DNA of 63,021 bases, the filler included, from Asterionella formosa (Eukaryota): assembly GCA_002256025.1 (NCBI GenBank). It is 16 parts of 16 records of this genome, joined end to end, with 100 filler letters (N's around TTAATTAATTAA, not from the genome) between each part and the next. Parts side by side here need not be neighbours in the genome. Positions count along the whole stretch, not along the records: positions 34,734 to 35,736 come from NKIB01005069.1; positions 35,837 to 36,839 come from NKIB01005070.1; positions 36,940 to 53,094 come from NKIB01005071.1; 13 more parts are not named here. One strand, given 5' to 3'. This document shows positions 34,734 to 45,366 of the stretch, piece by piece. The position numbers and the translations under genes were made by a program. Each line of letters opens with the position of its first letter. Positions within the stretch are counted from its first letter, which is position 1. Under the pieces are notes generated by a model. It did not search any database. It was given only the letters and a program-made list of their open reading frames with translations, and had not been told where the DNA came from.

Positions 34734-36839
34734 CCTGGTACCTGGCACTGTAGTAGACGCTACCAGGTACCGTATTCCTCCTCCTACCTGGTACCAGTAC
34801 CGCTACTAAACGAAACAGATGCATGCCGCATGATAGCGGGTTGATGGTGAGACAGAAACTTGTTACTGGTACTCCAGGTACCTGGTACCTATGCATGTAT
34901 CGTGTTACGTCACGATGTAAACCTAGACCGCCATTACACATGTAAAAATGCTACCTACGTGTGGAGATGTTATGATTGGCTGAACCCCCGATGTGGAGCG
35001 ACTAATGATGCGGAGGGTCCATGTGGAGTTATTATGTCCGTGGAGATCTTACCGGTAAGAGGTTTACGGTATCCATCAGATGCCGTACACACATGTGTTA
35101 ACGGCCATCACGGAGGACGAAGGGGAGTGGGGGGTGTGCAGCAGATACTCCTGTTGCGCAAATCCTGCGGAAAAATTAACAATTTACCCATAGTAAACAT
35201 ATTACCCCTCTCACAGAAACAATCATCAAGCGGCCAACCATCACGCGACGCTTACTTGGAACAGCTACCAGGGCTCGAACGCATACACCGTACCATCACC
35301 CAGCATTGAGTCCTCACTACTGGTAAAAGGTACACTGGAACACATTGCTTGTCCGCATTATTACATGGACGAGTTTTCGAGCCTCAAAGGCGCGACTAGA
35401 AATTTAGCCTGCCTTTGATACTGGCGAGTACTAAGCTAAAGCTTCGTTTCTCCCGCACTCAGATATAGCTTTGTCTACTCTTATTAGGCAATTTGTACTA
35501 GTCTAGTACAAATTACAGTACTGCTCTATACTTTTGTCCCGCGTGTACAAGCGTGAGGATTGAAGACAATGCATGTGAATTCCCATGAATTCCTGAGTGA
35601 ATTTGGAGGATGCATGTAGAAAATTCAACGACAGATGGTAGAGACTCAAGTATACAAATTCGGCCACAAAGAAAACGGCGTTTCATCACACGTGCGTTCA
35701 CAAACAACAAAAGCAAGCAACGAGAACAAATCAAACNNNNNNNNNNNNNNNNNNNNNNNNNNNNNNNNNNNNNNNNNNNNTTAATTAATTAANNNNNNNN
35801 NNNNNNNNNNNNNNNNNNNNNNNNNNNNNNNNNNNNCCTGGTACCTGGCACTGTAGTAGACGCTACCAGGTACCGTATTCCTCCTCCTACCTGGTACCAG
35901 TACCGCTACTAAACGAAACAGATGCATGCCGCATGATAGCGGGTTGATGGTGAGACAGAAACTTGTTACTGGTACTCCAGGTACCTGAAACCTATGCATG
36001 TATCGTGTTACGTCACGATGTAAACCTACACCGCCATTACACATGTAAAAATGCTACCTACATGTGGAGATGTTATGATTGGCTGAACCCCCGATGTGGA
36101 GCGACTAATGATGCGGAGGGTCCATGTGGAGTTATTATGTCCGTGGAGATATTAAGAGGTTTACGGTATCCATCAGATGCCGTACAAACATGTGTTAACG
36201 GCCATCACGGAGGACGAAGGGGAGTGGGGGGTGTACAGCAGATACTCCTGTTGCGCAAATCCTGCGGAAAAATTAACAATTTACCCATAGTAAACATATT
36301 ACCCCTCTCACAGAAACAATCATCAAGCGGCCAACCATCACGCGACGCTTACTTGGAACAGTTACCAGGGCTCGAACGCATACACGGTACCATCACCCAG
36401 CATTGAGTCCTCACTACTGGTAAAAGGTACACTGGAACACATTGCTTGTCCGCATTATTACATGGACGAGTTTTCGAGCCTAAAAGGCGCGACTAGCAAT
36501 TTAGCCTGCCTTTGACACTGGCGAGTACTAAGCTAAAGCTTCGTTTCTCCCATACTCAGATATAGCTTTGTCTACTCTTATTAGGCAATTTGTACTACCG
36601 GTAGTCTAGTACAAATTACAGTACTGCTCTATACTTTTGTCCCGCGTGTACAAGCGTGAGGATTGAAGACAATGCATGTGAATTCCCATGAATTCCTGAG
36701 TGAATTTGGAGGATGCATGTAGAAAATTCAACGACAGATGGTAGAGACTGAAGTATACAAACTCGGCCACAACGAAAACGGCCTTTCATCACACGTGCGT
36801 TCACAAACAACAAAAGCAATCAACGAGAACAAATCAAAC
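34734..36839 (+). repeat. Two near-identical ~1-kb contigs (34734-35736, 35837-36839), each bounded by gaps
   Basis: Same start and end sequence, with scattered SNPs and two reciprocal CCGGTA indels. Confidence 0.92.
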
Positions 36840-37258
36840 NNNNNNNNNNNNNNNNNNNNNNNNNNNNNNNNNNNNNNNNNNNNTTAATTAATTAANNNNN
36901 NNNNNNNNNNNNNNNNNNNNNNNNNNNNNNNNNNNNNNNCCAGCAGGCGGAGTTGCAACTGCAGACTGGTATTTGTATGTAGGACGAAGCTTCACTGCTC
37001 CTCTGACGACAGCAGGACGGTTCGATCAAAAGACACCACTAAATTGTTCCTTCTGCTGAGCTGAGCGAAATGATACCTGTTAGCTGGTAGTACCTGGTAG
37101 TACCCTGGTACAAGGTACGACTCCAGCACTATATCCACCCCGCAGATATGATTATGGACTGTTCGTCACCTGTCACCTGTTGCATAAAAATCTCCCTCGT
37201 GAAGGGATTGATTCCAGCTGAAGCAAGCACCTCCAATTGACATCGAGACGAACTGATC

Positions 37259-39719
37259 ATGAAGCTTTACTACTCTGCTGCCTTGCTAGCGTCGTTGACG
37301 ATTAGCAGCAGCGCCTTTGCGCCGACTGTTCGCTCCTTTGCTCGTTCGAGTTCGTCCCTCTTCGGCGCTCGAACTCTCTACGACAAGATTTGGGACGATC
37401 ACGTTGTGGATGTCGATGGCACAGCCACGTTGCTGTATATCGATCGCCACTTGGTCCATGAAGTCACGTCTCCTCAAGCGTTCGAAGGCCTCCGATTGGC
37501 GTCACGCGGAGTCCGCCGTCCTGATTGCACGTTGGTCACTGTGGATCACAACGTGCCCACGACAGATCGGTCAGAACTGGTCGATGTTCAGACCTTTATT
37601 GAAGAAACAGCTTCGCGAACACAAGTGATGCAGCTCGAGCAGAATGTCAAGGATTTCGGCATGGTGTACTTCGGGATGGCGGACGAACGCCAAGGGATTG
37701 TGCACATCATTGGACCAGAGCAGGGATTTACTTTGCCTGGATGCACGACTGTGTGCGGGGACTCACACACCGCGACCCACGGAGCATTCGGAGCTTTAGC
37801 CTTTGGGATTGGGACCAGCGAGGTCGAGCATGTTCTTGCGACACAGGTGCGTTATCATTAACAAAGTTCAGCAAGCGATGCATCTAGCTGAAACTGACAA
37901 ATTCCAATTCCCTTCGCAGACTCTCCAACAAACGAAGGGAAAGAATATGTTGATTCGCATCGACGGACCACTCGCTTACGGGGTCACCTCCAAGGACATC
38001 ATTTTGCACATTTGTGGACTTATTGGAACTGCGGGAGGTACAGGTTACACCATTGAGTTTGGAGGTTCCGCAATTTCATCCCTTAGTATGGAAGCACGCA
38101 TGTCCATCTCGAACATGGCCATCGAAGCTGGTGCTCGTGCGGGTGTCATTGCTCCCGATGACATCACTTTTGAATACTTGAAGGGACGTCCCATGAGTCC
38201 TGCTGGAAAAGATTGGGACAAGGCCGTTGCATACTGGAAGTCTCTTGTGTCGGACGAGGATGCCACATTCGACAAAACAATTATTATTGACGCAAAGGAC
38301 ATTGCACCCACAGTTACTTGGGGAACCAGTCCTCAAGACGTCGTTCCCATTACTGGAAGTGTACCCATGATTGCTGCTGAAGGAAACGACGCCGCTCGAC
38401 AGGCTGCTATGAAGCGCTCCCTTGAGTACATTGGTTTAGAAGAAGGACAAAAGATTCAGGGTGTGCCAGTTTCGAAGGTCTTTATTGGATCATGTACCAA
38501 CGGCCGTATAGAAGATATGCGTGTTGTGGCTGCAATTGCTATGGGACGCAAGGTCGCCAAAGGGGTCCACGCCATGGTTGTTCCAGGATCAGGTTTGGTC
38601 AAGAAGCAAGCCGAAGAAGAAGGTCTGGACAAAATTTTGATAGAAGCAGGTTTCGACTGGAGAGAGCCTGGATGCTCCATGTGTTTGGCCATGAACGCCG
38701 ACAAACTCAAACCCCAAGAACGTTGTGCTTCCACTTCCAACCGGAACTTCGAAGGCCGACAGGGTAATGGAGGACGTACGCACTTGATGTCGCCTGCCAT
38801 GGCGGCAGCGGCTGCATGTAGTGGAGTTATTTCCGACATTCGGGACTTCGATTTCTTGGGTGCCGAAGGTACTGATCCTCGTATTGTTGGTATGAAGACA
38901 AGTCGAGCCTTTTCCACTGAGTCATTCAAGTCACCTGGTGCCGTAATCTCTCCCACGGCTCCTTATATGGTTGGTGCGGCAGCTGGTTCCGCTTCAGTTA
39001 GTGCTGGCCTTCCTAGATTTGAGTCTTTGACCGGAGTTGCCGCCCCGCTCGATATTATGAACATTGACACTGACATGATTATCCCGAAGGAATTCTTGAA
39101 AACAATCAAGCGCGCTGGCTTGGGCTTTGCTGCGTTTGCTGAGTTGCGATACGAAAACCCTATTGAAGTTGCCACAATTGGCGAGGAAGTTGCCCAAGAC
39201 CGAGCTGACTTTATCCTCAACAAGCCAGGATACGAAAAGGGAAAGACTAAGATCCTAATTACTGGAGATAACTTTGGATGCGGATCCAGTAGAGAACACG
39301 CTCCTTGGTCCATCAATGACATGGGCATCCAATGCCTTATTAGCACATCTTTTGCCGATATTTTCTATAACAATTGCTTCAACAATGGCATGCTTCCTAT
39401 TACTCTTCCAAGAGCTCAGATCGAGGTCCTTCTTGCCGATGCCGCGGTCCCTGGAACTGAACTGACCGTTAATCTTGTCGATCAGAAGGTTATCCGTCCA
39501 AACGGAGAAGAATTCTCCTTTGAGATTGATCCTTTTAAAAAGCATTGTTTGGTCAACGGTCTGGACAAGATCGGATTGACTTTGGAAAAGAGCGACAAGA
39601 TTGCTTCATTTGAAGCAAAACGATCCAAGGAATTCCCGTGGTTGGACGGAGCCGCAATGAAAGTTCCCGATTCCGTGGCCATGTATCCCGAAGCTCAATA
39701 CTGGACGGCAACTGCGTAA
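37259..39719 (+). CDS. LEU1: 3-isopropylmalate dehydratase, fused large+small subunit, plastid-targeted; exons 37259-37846, 37920-39719
   Basis: [52 protein letters not shown] and [12 protein letters not shown], followed by [13 protein letters not shown] and [13 protein letters not shown]. The presequence is SSSA-FAP. The 73-nt GT-AG intron restores the frame. Confidence 0.96.
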
Positions 39720-40280
39720 AAGAATGAGTTTAGTTTTATCAGGCATTACATTTTACAGACGTCTAAAATGAAGGCATGCAGCATGCATGAATTTATACAC
39801 TTTTCTCTTTTATAGTCTCTGCACTCAAGCGAGCCATTTAATCAATATGGTACATGCTAACAAGCATTTGTTCCATTCAACGCTAGACTAGCGCTATGGC
39901 ATTGGCAATATCATAGTTAAATACAGACTAGGGGCGACCTGAAGTGGACACTACATCAGGAATGAATAATGGATTAAATAATGGCTTTGCAGATCATAAA
40001 TGAAACGTGGCCATAAGGAAACTATAATTCTGTAATATAACTGGAAATAACCGCAAAAAAGGCAATAATGCAGTTTGAATTTGGCAATTGTATGTACTCA
40101 GCACTTGACTTATGAATCCATGGTAGATCTGCCAAATCCTGAGCAGACTAAACTGTAGTGAACATCCCTCATACACATATCATGATGGTGACACTGTAAC
40201 ACTAGTTGAAGGCAAAGCTAGTATCTTCTTGTTTTGTATAGAGAGGCAAGAACATGATTCTAGGTTTTTCTTTGGACCTA

Positions 40281-40359
40281 TGGGTTCGCCCCCCTACTAG
40301 CAGGAGCTTGTGCCTCCTTCCTACGCGGTCAGAGTTTCCCTTAACGCTGCGGCTAAGAT
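40281..40359 (+). repeat. Copy of the body of the repeat at 48013-48075 (opposite strand)
   Basis: The reverse complement GCGTTAAGGGAAACTCTGACCGCGTAGGAAGGAGGCACAAGCT..TAGGGGGGCGAACCC aligns with 48013-48074. Confidence 0.7.
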
Positions 40360-40437
40360 GATCATATTACTTACTTAGAGCCTATAAATTACTTAGAAGT
40401 ACCCAAATGGCAAGACTATAGCTGGAGGGGGAATCGC
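40356..40437 (+). mobile_element. Isolated end of the TIR family seen at 14322-15627
   Basis: TTACTTAGAG.CTA.AAATTACTTAGAAGTACCC.AATGGCAAGAC.ATAGCTGGAG.GGGAAT matches 15561-15627. Confidence 0.7.
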
Positions 40438-41636
40438 TATATTATGTTTTAGTATTTCCTCTGGAAGGTACGCAACTGTATGCAGTAGCATACCTGTAAA
40501 ACCCGGTGTCCTTTGCTTATCTTTTCGTAGTCCTGCATTCCCCACATCTGTACATCTGGTGCAACACTCCCAAATATTATATATCTACAAAAAACAGCAT
40601 ATTATTGTATTCTATTTTTTAATGTATACCAGGTATATACTGTAATTGTATATTACCGGTCATCATCATGGAACAACACAAGTGATGCCAATGACATTTG
40701 TGATGGCAATATCCTTGTTGGCCAGAGAGGTATTTTAGCAGTCGACGCTGCAAGGTGCAAGCTTGTTTTGGTACGATTATCAAACTGAATGCTACAAGCT
40801 CTGGCAGGGCTGGCCCTGTTGTTGTCGGCTTGCCGGAAGCATTCATAGAATGATTTTCGTCTGCTGCCCCCTGATGATGCAGAAATATTCTGTGCATGTC
40901 ATAATTCTGGTCCAATAATCATATAAGTGATGTGGTTGGCTCATCTCAATTTCTGTCATGATCCAAGTCATTGAACCTTCATAAACTATTACCATTCTAG
41001 GATTAGGTAAAACATGGACACTCCCTAGGAATTACTATTGATGCCATCATGAAACTTGGCTGGATGCACCGCCTGGAGTGCATCAAAAATAGAAATTCTA
41101 TTGATCATAGAAACCGTTTGAACCTACATACAACAATATATCTTTTAATGTTGCTACTTACATTTTAGAGTATAGAGAAAAGGTTGGTGAAGTTGGTTTG
41201 TTCACAATGTTAGGTGATCAAAAAGGCCCATTGTCTTGAATGAACCCCCCCCCCCTGTAACATCAATCGTCGCGCATTGAGGGGTACAGGACACCGGTAG
41301 GGCAGATGAGGCAGACGGACAGGCAACTCACGGTTTCATAGTACTGCTGCCTGCTGCTTGCTCTCAGCGCAGCCATAACAAGAGCTTCAAGGGGCAGAAC
41401 CAAGAGGATGATTACGGTACCAGGTACCCCCCCTGATACCAGGTGTCGGGGGCCATTCCTTTCTTCAATGACCATACCACCGAGGTATTACGTACACTAC
41501 CTGGTACCAGGTACCGGTATACCAGTACAGGGAAGCGAAATAAATTGATGTTTCCTCTTCCTGTGTGATGGACACCGTTTTGGCTTGTTTAATCACCTCA
41601 ATTATTCAGCTTCAGCCTTCAATCAAGGCTTTCACC

Positions 41637-43255
41637 ATGGTGACACGGCCGTTTTCCTCTCTCATACTAGCTGCAGCACTGTTGTTCATGATGATGCCTT
41701 CGAATGCTTTCGTGAACCTTCAGAGAAGAACACTGCAGGGGGGATATGTACAAGCAACCTGCGGTAGAGTTTTCTCGTCGTTGCCAGCTACGGAATCGGA
41801 GCATATACAACCGAGGAAGTCAAGCAATACGGGAGGATTGAGAAGGCTGCCTGTCGTTAAACCACCTAACGAGATAGTTAATAAAGCAAGCAAAGTGCAA
41901 CGGATAGTCAAAGCAGACGCGTAAGTTCGAGTTCCTCCTGGTAACAGTCTTGTCTCCTTCACTATATGACACTGCGCACGTTGACTCACCTGAACTTTGC
42001 TGCAACCCATCAGAACTGTCATGAACGTTAGAAATCGGGCCAGAAAGCACGCTGCTGAGACTTTGAATGCTGTTTCCATGTCGCTGTGTCTACCTCTACG
42101 TGATTTGGTCAAGGGATACAAGTCAGAGCTTCATAGACTTCATCCATTCGAGAAAGTTGTCGCGGACTTGACGGCAAGGGCTAGGCAGAAGAAGGATGGT
42201 CTGATACTGAATGATGTGCTGGTAAGTAAAGAAAACACAGAAACATTCCACGAGCACTTGAGGTAAGCTAACCGATTGCACAGGACGAAATCAATGAAGC
42301 TCGGAAAGAAATCCTAGATGCTGGCAAAGATTGGATGGCTGCGGCCAAGAACGCGGAGACAGCCAAAGAAGCAGGGGAAATTCGAATCAGCGGCAGCGAT
42401 CGTTTGCTAAAGATATTTGAAGAAATTGCTTCTCCCCCTGTGGCTCAGATTTTCGAATTGCAAAAATCATTGCGAAATGTTCCGGCTGTTAGATTGGATA
42501 CTCCAGCGGTTGTTTTAGTTGGGGCCCCAAACGTTGGGAAATCCTCGATTGTTCGAGCCATTTCGTCTGGGACACCGGAAGTCAATAACTATCCTTTTAC
42601 CACTCGAGGGATGACTTTAGGTCACGTTGAAGTCTTCTGGTCTGATAATGTGATTGCCAAAGCAGTTGTTCCTCACCCAAAGCGACAGGTCAACACACTA
42701 TCGCCGGATGTGATTATGGGGAAGTATGCTTTCTCGCAGTTATGTCAAATTATGGACTCGCCTGGATTGTTGGTGCGCCCTGACGTTGAGCGTAACGAGA
42801 TGGAGTCACTGACTTTGGCTGCCATGCAGCACTTGCCGACTGCGGTCATGTACGTAATGGATTTATCTGGCGCTGCTGGGGACAAGTGTTCGAGTGTCGC
42901 TGACCAGCTACAGTTGAGGAAAGAGGTAAGTGTTCTGGTTGCAGCGATTGAAGTTTGACAGTCTTTTGAGTCACTTCGTAGACACACATTCTCATAAAAC
43001 AACCCATAGGTTCGAGCTCGATTCCCTCGTCGACCTTGGATTGACGTTGTTTCCAAGTATGACCTCGGCGTTGAAGACGGATCATTACAGGCATTAGAGG
43101 AAATCCTCGATGGTACTCCGTACATCAAACTCAGCATACAAGAAGGGATTGGGGTCAATGAACTTAAATCTGAGGTGCTGCGTATGTTGGGTGAGGTGCG
43201 TCTTGTTTTAGACGCAATGGCAATGGTTGATGAACGCTCGGCTAGAAAATCATAA
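41637..43255 (+). CDS. NOG1-like OBG-family GTPase with bipartite plastid presequence; exons 41637-41920, 42014-42221, 42284-42925, 43010-43255
   Basis: LHPFE N-terminal helical motif, G1 GAPNVGKSS, G2 NYPFTTRG, G3 DSPG and G4 SKYD. Three GT-AG introns join in frame. The N-terminus is LILAAALLFMMMPSNA-FV. Confidence 0.85.
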
Positions 43256-43690
43256 GCATCTAGGCATCGCTACGCCTCGGCTATTCATTGCCACTCAAAA
43301 TGGGAGTAGAGCCGATGCTAATAGTTTTGGCTTTATTTGCTTTGCCACACTGTGTAGTGTGACAAGTTACGTGGAAGAGTACTACATTTTATTGGTAGTC
43401 AATTTTGCCTTTCTACCCATGGCCGATCTTGCAACACATAAGGTACCAGTATGCACATTTTGAATTTCAGCAGTTCTGCACAACATCAAATCATGTCTGC
43501 TCCAGCTGTTTACTGTATAATTCAGTATCCTGGACCACCTGTACATTTTTCTCAAGGTGGCACCAAACACCCAATAATTTCCTAGATGTAGACAAAGTAT
43601 TATGCTATAGTTATGAATTTTGTGGCGGAAATTGAGCTATGCTACCATTATAAAAAACTACTAATACTACCAGTGCATATAATATGAATC

Positions 43691-44076
43691 ATGTCAACAA
43701 CAAGGTCAACAAGTTGCAGTGATAGAGAGTTGCTTGGTCTGAATGGTCCCAACAATGGGCGCTCATGTGAGCAACATGAATGCTGTGGGAAGGCGTTGAA
43801 GACAGATGATGTGCTCAGGTTCAGACTGGCTGTTGTGGAAGCCATTGGAGACCACCAAGGCTGTCATCATCAAGTATGGCACAGAACTTTGCTCTGTTGG
43901 GTTTCTGGGCAGGGAAGCTCTGCATTGGCATTGCAAAGGATCAAGTACATTGACAAGTTTGCGCAGGTGCTAGAACTATATGACACCCACAAAATTCAAT
44001 GATGAGAAAGAGGAGCAATAGAAATGCTGGAATGGCCTCATTCTGCTTGATGGGGGATATTCAAGGTCAGGAGTAG
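43691..44076 (+). pseudogene. Frameshifted small Cys/His ORF (GRSCEQHECCG...CSVGFL...FAQVLELY...RNAGMASF), probably transposon-borne
   Basis: A coherent ~125-aa reading is recovered across frameshifts. It is convergent with the DDE transposase remnant. Confidence 0.45.
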
Positions 44077-44284
44077 ATTCTTTTGTAGCAGTCTTCAATA
44101 AAACTATAGAAATGCATTCTATACTATATACATAAACTATAGTTCTACTAGCTTCAACACGTAAAATCGAATCGAAAATTACGGTTTGAGCTATCTCAAA
44201 TTCTTGATGATATGGAATTATGTCCACAAATCAATAATGCAACAATAGAGCATGCTAAAACATACTATTATATTATATTACTAG

Positions 44285-44800
44285 TCATATGCTACACTTT
44301 TTGAGCAATATATGGGCTTCACTTGCTTGTGACAAATCCTGACGCTTCACCTTCGTGCCATGAGGATTTGCGACCATCCAGTTCTCATATGCTTCCCTAA
44401 CATAGCCCTTAAAGGGCTTATTAACCCCAACGTCCAACACCTGTAGTTTGGAGGTGTATCCTCCACAAATGAAGTCCACAGCAGTGCCACAAACCTTTGC
44501 TGCATAGAGGCTTGTTGCCATCAAATGCACCTGAAACTCATCCATCAGAAGGTAGGATGGTTGGGTGCCATGACTGATTGTCCATGGCTTCCAAACGTCG
44601 CAAATCCACAATGAAAAAACCGACTCATAACCCACGCTTTTGGCTGACAACAATAAACCATCTGTGGGGGATAAGCAAACTGTTGATTGTTAAATTCTTG
44701 CTGGATCCTGGAATCAGGTACTCCTTTGAAAACAACAAGAGGAGCAAGCTTCTCTCCAGACATGGTAACACCCAACAACACTGTGCGAGGCGCACTACAC
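44285..44800 (-). mobile_element. pogo/Tc5-type DDE_1 transposase pseudogene
   Basis: LLGVTMSGEKLAPLVVFKG, QPKAW, YLLMDEFQVH and FICGGYTSKLQVLDVGVNKPFKG motifs; frameshifted. Confidence 0.88.
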
Positions 44801-45366
44801 AGTGTTGCATGACAGCATCATGACCAAACAAGTGAAATTGTAACCATGAAACTGAACATACACAAGAGGAATCACAGAAATTTAGCTGCACTATTGATCC
44901 ATGCATCTCCATTTTGCTTGCGATGGACAAAAACGAAAATCGAAAAGGAGTTGCCAATTTTATTAATTTCTTTATGCACATTATAATATTTTGGTTTGCT
45001 TTTAAGATGGCACACATTAAGGCAATTGAGCCAAAGAAAATTTGTAGGAGTCAAAATGGTCCCAGAGAAATTTTGAAGACTTGCTACAATTGTTTTCAAC
45101 CAGAGGAAAGACCCTGGCACGACTGTGTTTCCGTCATCGAAAGCATTGCTGATACTTTTAACCCAGATGTTTTTTAAGGGCAACTCAGTGACAGTGTACT
45201 AATTCATTAGCTAGAATTTATAATCAACAAGCTGTATGCCAGAGTGAATGATTAATGCAGGTTTTCTTTTCAGTGGATTCCAAGAATGTGAGGAGGCTTA
45301 AGCTATTTTTTTTATAAAAGCGCATAAGTTGAATATGCGTTCGTGAGCAACACACATGAATCATTG

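Noticed and set aside
34860..35309. 149/147-aa ORFs in the duplicated contigs
   Set aside because: Non-ATG start, they run through footprint arrays, and they show no protein-like motif. Conservation only reflects the recent duplication.
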